From an uncultured Bryobacterales bacterium (lineage in GTDB: Bacteria; Acidobacteriota; Terriglobia; Bryobacterales; UBA6623): a stretch of 42,512 nucleotides of DNA. The translations under genes and the position numbers were made by a program. The notes beneath the pieces are model-generated. The model did not search any database and was not told the origin of the DNA. It saw only the letters and a program-made list of their open reading frames with translations. The first letter of the stretch is position 1. Every line of letters starts with the position of its first letter. The stretch lies in the NCBI GenBank assembly GCA_964405625.1, contig CAYOPA010000001.1, positions 235 through 42,746 on the forward strand, read 5' to 3'. This document shows, in pieces, positions 27,820 through 36,473 of the stretch.

Positions 27820-30621
27820 ATGTTACGCCTGCTTCCCGCTCTCCTTTTATTCGCCATGGCCGTCGGCGCCGCTCCGGCGCCGGAAGATGTCGAATTTTTT
27901 GAGAAGAAAGTACGGCCGATCTTTGCCGCCAAGTGTCAGATGTGCCATAGCGCGCAGATCAAGACGGCGGAGCTTGATCTGTCTTCGGCGGAGGGGTTTG
28001 TACATGGCGGTGCGAGCGGCCCGCTGGTGAACACGGAGAACCCCGCCGAGAGCAGCCTGCTGAAGGTCATCAGCTACGACGAAAAGCTCAAAATGCCGCC
28101 GATGGCGAAGCTGGCGGCTGACGAAATCGCGGCTCTGACCGAGTGGGTGGAGCGCGGCGCTCCATGGCCTGGCGCCGCCGAGGTGGCGGTGATCGAAAAG
28201 AAGGCCGCACAGGTCGCCTTTACCGCCGAGCAGAAGGCTTACTGGGCGTTCCAACCGATCGCCGATCCGGCCCCGCCGTCGGTGAAGGACGCCTCCTGGC
28301 CGCGGTCGCCGGTCGATCAGTTCGTTCTGGCCAAGATCGAAGAAAAGGGCTTGGCGCCGGAACCCGCTGCCGACAAGGCGACGCTGTTGCGCCGCGTCAC
28401 TTTCGATCTGACCGGGCTGCCGCCGACTCCGACTGAGATTGAGGCGTTTCTGGCCGACTCCTCGCCGGACGCCTTTGAGAAGGTCGTCGACCGGCTGCTG
28501 GCCTCGCCGCGCTACGGCGAGCGCTGGGGGCGTCACTGGCTGGACGTGGCGCGCTACGCCGACTCCACCGGCAATGACGAGGACCATCGCTATCCCTACG
28601 CTTGGCGCTATCGCGATTACGTGATCGAGGCGTTCAACAACGACATGCCGTTTGACCGCTTCGTGCGGGAGCAGATCGCCGGCGACCTGATGCCCGCGCC
28701 CCACGGGACCAAGGTCAACCAGCAGGGCGTAGTCGCCACCGGTTTTCTGGCGATCGGCCCCAAGGCGGTGGCGCAGCAGGACAAGACCCGGATGCTCTAC
28801 GACGTCTATGACGAGCAGGTGGACGTGGTCTCCAAGGCGTTTCTGGGCCTTACCGTCTCCTGCGCCCGCTGCCACGACCATAAGTTCGACCCGATCCTCA
28901 CCCGCGACTACTACTCGATGACGGGCTTCTTCGCCGATACCCGCAGCTTCCGCGATCCGTCCACGCACGTCTCGAAGCTGCTCTTCGTGCCGCTGGTGGA
29001 GCAGGAGGAGTGGGCCGAGTACGAGCGGCAGCAAGAAGACATCCGGCGGGCGAAGTTTGAGCTCGAGAACACGCCGGAGATTGAGGTTGAAGAGTGGGTG
29101 ACGCCTTACGTGGAGAGGCTCGCCGACTATATGCTGGCCGCGCGCCGGGTGTATGAGGACGGCGAAACGCTCGACGCAGTCGTCGCCGAAACGAGCCTGG
29201 AGAAGTACGTGCTGGAGCGCTGGGTCAAGTACCTGACGCCGGGTGACGTCGTGCGGGCGCACATGGCGGAATGGGACAAGGCGCCGAAGGCCGAGCGCGC
29301 GGCGGTGGCCGCGAAGTTTGCCGAGAGCATTCAGACCGAGCGGGAAGGGTGGCTGAAGAAGCTCCGCAACTGGCGCAAGCAGGCCAACCGACCGGCGGAA
29401 GAGATCACCATGGGCATCCCGACCAAGCCGAAGTTCGAGCCCGGTCAGAATCGCTTTTTCCACGAAGTGTACATTGCAGGCTCCGGGCCGCTGGCGTTCA
29501 AGTCCAAGGACGATCTCAAGCGCATCCTCAGGCCCGAGACCCAGGAGCTGATCGCCGAGCTCGAACAAAAGGTGGCGGAGCTCGAAGCCGACGCCATGCC
29601 GGAGCCGCCGCGCGCCAATGCGGTGGAGGATAAGCCGGCTAAGGAGCGGGTCGAGCAGCACGTCTTTATTCGCGGCGACTACTCGTCCAAGGGCGAGCCT
29701 GCCCCGAAGGCGTTTCCGGCGATTCTCGCAGGGCTCGACCAGGAGCCGGTGAAGACCGAGGGCAGCGGCCGGTTGGCGCTGGCGGAGTGGATGGGGAGCG
29801 ATCGCAATCCGCTCACCGCCCGCGTGATCGTCAACCGCGTCTGGCAGTGGCATTTCGGCGATGGGCTAGTGCGCACGCCGGACAACTTCGGCCGGATGGG
29901 CGAGGCGCCGACGCATCCGGAGCTGCTCGACTACCTGTCCAGCCGGTTTATCGACGACGGCTGGTCGATCAAGAAGCTCCACAAGCGGATGCTGTTGACT
30001 TCGACCTACCAGATGTCGAGCGCGATCAGCGAATCGAAGGCTCTCACCGACCCGGAAAACCGGCTCTTGAGCCGCTTTAACCGCCGCCGACTCGCCGTGG
30101 AGGAGCTGCGCGACGGGCTGCTCGCGGCGGACGGCTCCATCGACCTGTCGATGGGCGGTACGATGCAGGCGGGCTTTGGCACCGACGGCGAGAACTCCAC
30201 CGATCGGCTGTCGATCAATCCCGACGAGCAGATTCGGCGAACCGTCTACCTTCCGTTGCGGCGCGCGAACTTGCCTGCCTTGCTGAACCTCTATGATTTC
30301 GGCGACGCGACCACCTCGCAGGGCCGCCGCGCCGAAACGAACGTGGCGCCGCAGGCGTTGTACTTGATGAATTCCAAGTTCGTGGCGGACCGCGCGCGCG
30401 GTCTGGCGGACCGCTTGTTGGAGCGTGACGACGAGGCCTCGCGGGTGCGGCAGGCTTACCTGCGAACGCTGAACCGGGCGCCCGACGCCGAAGAGGTTGA
30501 TGTGGGCTTAACCTATATCGCCTCGGTTAAACAGAAGTTCGAGGGCGTGGAGCCTCTGGACGCCTGGCAGAGCTTCTGCCGCATTCTGCTGGCGTCGAAT
30601 GAGTTTATCTACGTGGACTAA
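27820..30621 (+). CDS. PSCyt1/DUF1549/DUF1553-type protein (planctomycete-type cytochrome-motif protein)
   Basis: Signal peptide MLRLLPALLLFAMAVGAAPA. N-terminal FFEKKVRPIFAAKCQMCH (PSCyt1-like). DUF1549-like LLRRVTFDLTGLPPT and RLLASPRYGERWGRHWLDVARYADS. A second haem-like motif, SCARCHDHKFDPI. DUF1553-like C-terminal half (NPLTARVIVNRVWQWHFG, FD..D...S...R..TNVAPQAL.LMNS). Confidence 0.9.
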   Translation: MLRLLPALLLFAMAVGAAPAPEDVEFFEKKVRPIFAAKCQMCHSAQIKTAELDLSSAEGFVHGGASGPLVNTENPAESSLLKVISYDEKLKMPPMAKLAADEIAALTEWVERGAPWPGAAEVAVIEKKAAQVAFTAEQKAYWAFQPIADPAPPSVKDASWPRSPVDQFVLAKIEEKGLAPEPAADKATLLRRVTFDLTGLPPTPTEIEAFLADSSPDAFEKVVDRLLASPRYGERWGRHWLDVARYADSTGNDEDHRYPYAWRYRDYVIEAFNNDMPFDRFVREQIAGDLMPAPHGTKVNQQGVVATGFLAIGPKAVAQQDKTRMLYDVYDEQVDVVSKAFLGLTVSCARCHDHKFDPILTRDYYSMTGFFADTRSFRDPSTHVSKLLFVPLVEQEEWAEYERQQEDIRRAKFELENTPEIEVEEWVTPYVERLADYMLAARRVYEDGETLDAVVAETSLEKYVLERWVKYLTPGDVVRAHMAEWDKAPKAERAAVAAKFAESIQTEREGWLKKLRNWRKQANRPAEEITMGIPTKPKFEPGQNRFFHEVYIAGSGPLAFKSKDDLKRILRPETQELIAELEQKVAELEADAMPEPPRANAVEDKPAKERVEQHVFIRGDYSSKGEPAPKAFPAILAGLDQEPVKTEGSGRLALAEWMGSDRNPLTARVIVNRVWQWHFGDGLVRTPDNFGRMGEAPTHPELLDYLSSRFIDDGWSIKKLHKRMLLTSTYQMSSAISESKALTDPENRLLSRFNRRRLAVEELRDGLLAADGSIDLSMGGTMQAGFGTDGENSTDRLSINPDEQIRRTVYLPLRRANLPALLNLYDFGDATTSQGRRAETNVAPQALYLMNSKFVADRARGLADRLLERDDEASRVRQAYLRTLNRAPDAEEVDVGLTYIASVKQKFEGVEPLDAWQSFCRILLASNEFIYVD

Positions 30622-30625
30622 GACG

Positions 30626-32074
30626 ATGGACCCTAAGCACAACTACAATCACCTGCTCAGCCGCAACTGGTCCAAGCCGATGTCGCGGCGGGCGCTGCTT
30701 CGCGACGGAGCTCTGGGCTTTGGAGCATTGGGCTTGGCCGGGCTGTTGGCCGAGGAATCCCGGGCGGCGCGGGTGAACCCGCTGGAACCGAAGAATCCGC
30801 ACTTCGCGCCCCGCGCCAAACAGGTTATCTTTCTGTTCATGCACGGCGGCCCGTCGTCGATTGACACGTTCGACTTCAAGCCGTACCTGCGAGAGCACGA
30901 TGGCCAGCCTTTGCCGATCAAGCGGCCGCTGGCCTTTGCCGACGACGAGCCGGGTCCGCTGATGCAGAACCAGTGGGAGTTCCGGCCCGGCGGCAAGAGC
31001 GGCATCCCGGTCAGCGATTTGTTTCCGCACGTTCGCGAGCAGGTCGATAACTTGTGCATCATCAAGTCGATGGTCGGCGAGGGCGTCGACCACGGCGCGG
31101 CGATGTTGCAGACCTTCACGGGGTCCTCGACCTTTACCCGGCCGTCGATGGGCGCGTGGACGGTCTATGGGCTGGGCTCGGAAAACCGGGACCTGCCGGG
31201 CTTCATCACCATCAAACCGGCGCTGGCGCACGGCGGAGCGAAGAATTGGTCGGCGGCGTTCCTGCCCGGCGCCTACCAGGGCACCGCGATCGGCCATTCC
31301 GGCATGAAGGTGGAGGATATCCAGGGCGAGCCGATCGAATATCTAGTGAACCAGGGCCTGTCGACCGAGCAGCAGCGCTACGAGCTCGATATGCTCCAGT
31401 CGATCAACCGCCGTCACGCAGCCATGCGCGAGCACGACCCGGACCTGGAAGCCCGCATCGAGGCGTTTGAGCTGGCCTTCCGCATGCAAGTGCAGGCGCC
31501 GGAGGCGTTTGAAGTGGAGCGCGAGCCGGAGTCGGTGAAGAAGCTCTACGGGCTGGACGACCCCAAGACCGCGGACTTCGCCTGGCAGTGCATTCTGGCC
31601 CGTCGGCTGGCTCAGCGCGGCGTGCGCTACGTGCAGTGCACGCACTCGTACAAATGGGACCAGCACTCCGATCTGGTCAACAAGCACACCGAGAACGCTT
31701 ACGAGGTGGACAAGCCGATCGCCGGTCTGCTCGCCGACCTCAAGGCCAACGGCATGCTCGATGACACGCTGGTGATCTGGGCGGGCGAGTTTGGGCGGAC
31801 GCCGGTCTCGCAGGGCGGCGACGGCCGCGATCACAACCCTTACGGCTACACTATTTGGATGGCCGGGGGCGGGACCAAGCCGGCGTTCACCTACGGCGCG
31901 ACCGACGAAATCGGCTACCACGCCGTTGAGGATCGGATGCATATCCACGATTTCCACGCCACCGTGCTGGCGCTGCTCGGCTTTGATCACGAGAAGCTGA
32001 CGTATCATTTTTCGGGCCGTGACTTCCGGCTGACTGACGTGGCCGGCCATGTCCATGAGGCGATCTTTGGGTAG
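30626..32074 (+). CDS. DUF1501 (sulfatase-fold-like) protein with Tat signal
   Basis: Tat signal MSRRALLRDGALGFGALGLAGLLA. Signature segments VIFLFMHGGPSSIDTFDFKP and WAGEFGRTP...GRDHNPYGYTIWMAGGG. The start is 4 nt after the upstream TAA. Confidence 0.9.
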   Translation: MDPKHNYNHLLSRNWSKPMSRRALLRDGALGFGALGLAGLLAEESRAARVNPLEPKNPHFAPRAKQVIFLFMHGGPSSIDTFDFKPYLREHDGQPLPIKRPLAFADDEPGPLMQNQWEFRPGGKSGIPVSDLFPHVREQVDNLCIIKSMVGEGVDHGAAMLQTFTGSSTFTRPSMGAWTVYGLGSENRDLPGFITIKPALAHGGAKNWSAAFLPGAYQGTAIGHSGMKVEDIQGEPIEYLVNQGLSTEQQRYELDMLQSINRRHAAMREHDPDLEARIEAFELAFRMQVQAPEAFEVEREPESVKKLYGLDDPKTADFAWQCILARRLAQRGVRYVQCTHSYKWDQHSDLVNKHTENAYEVDKPIAGLLADLKANGMLDDTLVIWAGEFGRTPVSQGGDGRDHNPYGYTIWMAGGGTKPAFTYGATDEIGYHAVEDRMHIHDFHATVLALLGFDHEKLTYHFSGRDFRLTDVAGHVHEAIFG

Positions 32075-32972
32075 GGCCGTAAGGCTCCTATTGCTGGGCG
32101 TCGCCGTTGTGGCGGTTGCGTTCGCGGCGCTGCCGCAGTTGCGTTTCAGAGCCGCCCTTTGGGGCGACGCAGTCGCGGGCGGCGAGGGGAGCCCCACGTT
32201 TCGGACGGCGCTCATCGAGACCGCTCCCTACCGTTACCAGAACCGCGTCCGGCGCTGGATCGGCCCACAACCGCCACAGGTTTTTATGCCGCTCCTCCCG
32301 CCCGACCCCTCGGAGGCCGAAGGGCCCGGTCCGCTGGTTGGCCGCAAGATCCTGACTGAAACCGTCTGGTCGGCTGAATTTTTGAACATCCACTACAGCC
32401 GCTTGGAAGCGGGCGAGCTCGCTCATGACGTGCACCGACATGACGATGAGGAGATCCTGGTGCCAATTTCAGGGGATGTGGAGATTCTGGGAGACATGCC
32501 GGCCGAGCGCCTCGGCCCGGGGTCGATGACCTACTACTCCGCGCAGCACCCGCACACGATTCGCGCCCTGGGGCCGGAGGCGGCGACGTACATCATGTGG
32601 CGGTGGAGCAACAGCAAAGCGAGGCCGGAGCCGCATCTGGAGCCCGGGATTTTTGACTTTCGCCGCGAGCTGGAAGAGGCTCGGGAGAAGGGTGCGGCCG
32701 GTGAAAGCGTGAAAGGCGAGGTGTTTGCCGGTGGAACTCGCTGGCTGACCTACTTGCACGCCCATCTCAGGACCCTGCCGGCAGGGGGCCGGATTCCGGC
32801 GCACGAAGACGACCACGACGCCATCCTGGTGCTCTTCAACGGTAAACTGGAGACACAGGGCGCCACGCTGGACGGGCCCGCCATCTCTTTCAATCCGGCC
32901 TTTGCCGAACATGGGATGTACAATCCAGGCCCGGAGCCGGCGCAATACCTTGCTGTGGATATGACCCCTTAA
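32049..32972 (+). CDS. membrane-anchored bicupin, paralog 1 (uncharacterised)
   Basis: N-terminal TM anchor LLLLGVAVVAVAFAAL. Cupin 1 has the metal motif HDVHRHDDEEILVPISGDVEI...HPHTIRA. Cupin 2 has IPAHEDDHDAILVLFNGKLE...FAEHGMYNPG. The start (ATG 32049 or 32055) overlaps the end of the DUF1501 gene. Confidence 0.7.
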   Translation: MSMRRSLGRAVRLLLLGVAVVAVAFAALPQLRFRAALWGDAVAGGEGSPTFRTALIETAPYRYQNRVRRWIGPQPPQVFMPLLPPDPSEAEGPGPLVGRKILTETVWSAEFLNIHYSRLEAGELAHDVHRHDDEEILVPISGDVEILGDMPAERLGPGSMTYYSAQHPHTIRALGPEAATYIMWRWSNSKARPEPHLEPGIFDFRRELEEAREKGAAGESVKGEVFAGGTRWLTYLHAHLRTLPAGGRIPAHEDDHDAILVLFNGKLETQGATLDGPAISFNPAFAEHGMYNPGPEPAQYLAVDMTP

Positions 32973-32993
32973 CTCACCGTTCGAAAAGACAAC

Positions 32994-33911
32994 ATGCGAA
33001 AGGGTTATTGGCAATATAGAGGTCTCCTAGCGCTGCTGGTGGTAGTGGCCGCCGTCGCCGTGGTCCCGGCCTTGCGATCGCGCGCCGAGCTTTGGCTGGG
33101 GGCCGCGGTCGGCGGGCCGGACGGCCCAACGTTTCGGACCGCCGCGATCGAGTCCGCTCCCTACCGCTACCAGGCGCAGCTTCGGCGTTCCTGGGGGCCG
33201 GAGGTGGAGCCGGTTACCAGCCTGCTGCCGATGCCCGGCCCGCCCAAGCCCGGCGCCCCCTGGCCGCTGCGCAAGCACATTTTGCTTTCACAAACGGTCT
33301 GGTCGGTTGACTTCTTAAACATCCACTACAGCCGGTTGGAGGAAGGCGGGCTGGCGCACGAGGTCCACCAGCATGACGACGAAGAGATGCTGATCCCGAT
33401 CTCGGGCGAAGTCGAGATCATGGGCGGCCAGCAGGCCGACCGCGTCGCTCCCGGGACGATTGCGCTCTACTACGCCGCCCAGGACCCTCACACGATCAAG
33501 GCCCTCGGACCCGGCCCCTCGACGTACTTGGCGTGGCGTTGGAAGGGTTCGGGAGGCGACCCGGAGGGCAAGCAGAAGGGCAGGATGCACGATCTCCGCC
33601 CGCTGCTGGCCGACGGGCTGGAGAAGGCTAAGGCGGGGGAGAGCGTGAAGGTCACCCTGCAGGACGGCGAGACCCGTTGGCTGGGCAGGCTGCATGTTCA
33701 GTTGCAGAGCCTGCCGGCGGGGGACTCCATTCCGGTCCGTACGGATACCCACGATGGCGTCTTAGTGCTGCTTAGCGGGACGATCGAGACCCAGGGCGAA
33801 ACGCTGACAGCGCCGGCGGTGGCGTTCAATCCCGCGTTCGCCGCACACGGCGTCCGTAATACGGGGCCGGAGCCGGCGCAGTATCTGGCCGTGGATATGT
33901 CGCCGCGATAG
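32994..33911 (+). CDS. membrane-anchored bicupin, paralog 2 (uncharacterised)
   Basis: Collinear with paralog 1 along its whole length; roughly half or more of residues look identical by eye. Shared blocks include GPTFRTAAIESAPYRYQ, TVWSVDFLNIHYSRLEEGGLAHEVHQHDDEEMLIPISGEVEI, DPHTIKALGP, and FNPAFAAHGVRNTGPEPAQYLAVDM. Confidence 0.7.
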   Translation: MRKGYWQYRGLLALLVVVAAVAVVPALRSRAELWLGAAVGGPDGPTFRTAAIESAPYRYQAQLRRSWGPEVEPVTSLLPMPGPPKPGAPWPLRKHILLSQTVWSVDFLNIHYSRLEEGGLAHEVHQHDDEEMLIPISGEVEIMGGQQADRVAPGTIALYYAAQDPHTIKALGPGPSTYLAWRWKGSGGDPEGKQKGRMHDLRPLLADGLEKAKAGESVKVTLQDGETRWLGRLHVQLQSLPAGDSIPVRTDTHDGVLVLLSGTIETQGETLTAPAVAFNPAFAAHGVRNTGPEPAQYLAVDMSPR

Positions 33912-33929
33912 GCGAGTCGGCTCGAAGGC

Positions 33930-33952
33930 CGCCTCCGCCGAGGCGATTTTCT
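33930..33952 (+). terminator. intrinsic terminator closing the PSCyt-DUF1501-bicupin unit
   Basis: CGCCTC-CGCC-GAGGCG, followed by ATTTTCTT, 19 nt after the bicupin-2 stop. It abuts the 3' end of the antisense tRNA-Cys. Confidence 0.6.
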
Positions 33953-34027
33953 TGGAGGCGCGGGCCGGACTCGAACCGGCGAGTAAAGGCTTTGCAAGCC
34001 TCTGCCTTACCGCTTGGCTACCACGCC
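33953..34027 (-). tRNA. tRNA-Cys(GCA): tRNA-Cys (anticodon GCA)
   Basis: Minus-strand cloverleaf: acceptor GGCGTGG/CCGCGCC (one G-U pair), D arm GCC-AAGCGGTAA-GGC, anticodon arm GAGGC-TTGCAAA-GCCTT, variable TACTC, T arm GCCGG-TTCGAGT-CCGGC. The discriminator is U, the known Cys identity element, and CCA is encoded. 75 nt. Confidence 0.92.
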
Positions 34028-34054
34028 GTAAGTCATACTATACGAACAATCGTG

Positions 34055-36460
34055 ATGAAAGCGCCGGTAGCGAACCTTGCGCTCCTGCTCCTGACGGCCG
34101 GTGCGTTGCAAGCGGATTCCTTTGAACAGTCCTTTGAGCGGACAGTGCGGCCCGTGCTCGAGCGCCGCTGCGTGATGTGCCACGGCGAGGCCCTCGCTCA
34201 GGCCAACGTTCGCCTCGACAATCTTTCGATTGATTTGATCGAGGATCGGCGGGCCGGCGAGACGTGGCATGACGTGCTCAACGCCCTCAATCGCGGCGAG
34301 ATGCCTCCCAAGGGCGCCCCTGGCTTGACCGTGGACGAGCGCGCCGCCGTGGTCGATTGGCTGACCGCCGAGCTTGCCAAAGCCGCCAAGGCCCGTCGCG
34401 CCAATGGCGGCCAGGTCGTGATGCGCCGGCTCAACCGCGTGGAATACCAGAACACCATGCGGGATCTGCTCGGCCTGGATGTGGACTATGTGCGCAACCT
34501 GCCTCCCGATGAGATGAGTCGGGACGGGTTCGCCAACAATGGGGCGGCGCTGCGGATCTCGGCCCTCCAGCTTGAATACTACTTGCGTGCGGCGCGCAGC
34601 GGGCTGGCGCGGGCGATTGTGGAAGGCCCGGCGCCGCCGGTGTTCACGCACAAGTCGCAAGAGACCGTCATCGACAAGGTCAACGACATCCACTGGTCCA
34701 ACCGCCTGGGCCGCACAGGGATTTTTGTAGCGCGAATGGCCGATTTCCCCGACGAGGGCGAGTTTGAGGTCCGCATCAGAGCCCGCGCCGTGTTGCCCGC
34801 TCCTGATTCGCCGTACCCGCGGATGCGCGTGCATCTCGGCTACAGGGCCGACACGGAGACGCCTCGGGGCCAAGTCGGCGCCGTGGATGTGCGCAGCGAG
34901 AAGCCGGAAGAGTTTGTGTTTCGCGGACGCATCGACGAGTTTCCGGTCCAGAGCCGCACACAGTCGAAGTATCCGGGAATGCTCGTCTGGGCGGACAATG
35001 TCTATTCCGACGGCAAGCCCGCTCCGGTAGGGCGCAAGATCACTGAAGAGGTTGACGGCAAGAAGGTCATCCGCTGGGAGTGGGACGAGGACCCAGAGTT
35101 TCCGTCGATCGTGGTGGAGTCGTTTGAGTTTCGCGCTCCCCTTTATTTGACTTGGCCGCCGCAGCATCACCGCGAGCTGATTCCCGAAACGCCGGGTTCG
35201 GCGGTCGCGGAGCCGGCCGCCGTCCACAAGGCGCTGCGCGGCTTTTTGGGCAGAGCCTACCGACGGCCGGTCGAGGAGGCTGACATCGCAACCTCGATGC
35301 GCTTCTTTGAGCGCATTCGCCCAACCGTTCCCACCTTTGAGCGGGCGATGCGCGAGGTTTACGCGATGGCGCTGGTCTCGCCGGATTTCCTGTATCGGGT
35401 GGAGGACGGTGCGCCGGGCGGCGACCAGATTGGCGACCACGAGCTCGCCTCGCGCCTGTCGTACTTCCTGTGGAGCACGATGCCGGACGAGCGGCTGCGC
35501 AAGTTGGCCGACGAGGGACGCCTGCGCGACCCGGCGACGCTGGCGTCCGAGGCCGAACGGCTGCTGGACGATCCGCGCTCGTGGTCGTTCATTAGGCAGT
35601 TCGCCGATCAGTGGCTGGACTTGGCGGGCGTGGACCGCGTCGCGGTCAACCCGAATTACTATCCGAGCTTCGATGAAGCGCTCAAGGCGGAGATGCGGCG
35701 CGAGACGCAGCATTTCTTTGGCGAGGTCCTGCGCCAGGGCCTGAGCGCGCTGAGCTTCCTGCGGACCGATTTTGCGATGCTCAACCAACCCCTGGCGGCC
35801 CACTACGGCGTCAAAGGCCCTCGGGGCGGGGAGTTTGAGCGGGTGTCGCTGAAGCCCGGCGACAGGCCCGGGGGCTTGTTGGGGCAGGGGAGCGTCCTGC
35901 TGGCGAATTCGACCGGGGAAGACTCGCATCCGATCGAGCGCGGCGTGTGGATTCGCCGGGCGCTGTTCAACGACCCGCCGGCGCCGCCGCCTCCGGCCGT
36001 GCCAAACCTGGACTCCAGCGAAGACGCCGCTTTGCTGCCGCTCAAGCGCCAGTTGGAGCTGCACCGCGACAACGCCGCTTGCGCCCATTGCCACCAGGGC
36101 ATCGATCCGTGGGGCATCGCGCTGGAGGAGATGGACGCCGTGGGCTTGATTCGCGCGACGATTCTGCGCCAAGCGGGCGACCGCGAGGAGCGCCATCCCG
36201 TCGACGCGGCCACGGTGCTGCCGGACGGCAAGCCCGTCAACGGCGTGCGCGAGCTGGCGGACTACCTGCACGCCCACAAGGACCGCGAGTTTGCCCGCGC
36301 GCTGGCGGCCAAGCTGCTGACGTATGCGCTGGGTCGGTCGCTGGAGTTTTCCGACGACGAAACGGTCGATGAGCTGACGGCGCGGTTTGTTGCGGATGGG
36401 TATCGATTGCGGGGTCTGGTTATAATGATTGCCACCAGCGAGCCTTTCCGGGGGCGCTAG
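34055..36460 (+). CDS. DUF1585/1587/1588/1592/1595-type protein (PSD/PSCyt3 architecture) with two CxxCH motifs
   Basis: Signal peptide MKAPVANLALLLLTAGALQA. N-terminal RPVLERRCVMCHGE. DUF1587-like VMRRLNRVEYQNTMRDLLGLD. DUF1588-like FLRTDFAMLNQPLAAHYGV. DUF1585-like CAHCHQGIDPWGIALEEMDAVG. The listed start at 33992 would overlap tRNA-Cys, so I trimmed to ATG 34055. Confidence 0.85.
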   Translation: MKAPVANLALLLLTAGALQADSFEQSFERTVRPVLERRCVMCHGEALAQANVRLDNLSIDLIEDRRAGETWHDVLNALNRGEMPPKGAPGLTVDERAAVVDWLTAELAKAAKARRANGGQVVMRRLNRVEYQNTMRDLLGLDVDYVRNLPPDEMSRDGFANNGAALRISALQLEYYLRAARSGLARAIVEGPAPPVFTHKSQETVIDKVNDIHWSNRLGRTGIFVARMADFPDEGEFEVRIRARAVLPAPDSPYPRMRVHLGYRADTETPRGQVGAVDVRSEKPEEFVFRGRIDEFPVQSRTQSKYPGMLVWADNVYSDGKPAPVGRKITEEVDGKKVIRWEWDEDPEFPSIVVESFEFRAPLYLTWPPQHHRELIPETPGSAVAEPAAVHKALRGFLGRAYRRPVEEADIATSMRFFERIRPTVPTFERAMREVYAMALVSPDFLYRVEDGAPGGDQIGDHELASRLSYFLWSTMPDERLRKLADEGRLRDPATLASEAERLLDDPRSWSFIRQFADQWLDLAGVDRVAVNPNYYPSFDEALKAEMRRETQHFFGEVLRQGLSALSFLRTDFAMLNQPLAAHYGVKGPRGGEFERVSLKPGDRPGGLLGQGSVLLANSTGEDSHPIERGVWIRRALFNDPPAPPPPAVPNLDSSEDAALLPLKRQLELHRDNAACAHCHQGIDPWGIALEEMDAVGLIRATILRQAGDREERHPVDAATVLPDGKPVNGVRELADYLHAHKDREFARALAAKLLTYALGRSLEFSDDETVDELTARFVADGYRLRGLVIMIATSEPFRGR

Positions 36461-36473
36461 GAGCAGATGAGTT

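Noticed and set aside
27847-29853. 668-aa ORF on the minus strand, antisense to the DUF1549/DUF1553 gene
   Set aside because: Same reasoning. The composition is Arg/Leu/Gly-rich with no motifs. The sense frame has CxxCH and DUF1549/1553 signatures.
22195-34027. Genomic island bounded by tRNA-Val and tRNA-Cys
   Set aside because: No integrase, no direct repeats of tRNA 3' ends, and no obvious compositional break. The gene content matches the rest of the window.
33992-34054. N-terminal extension of the DUF1592-type ORF (MQASALPLGYHAV...)
   Set aside because: It is encoded by the antisense of tRNA-Cys. A proper signal peptide begins at ATG 34055.
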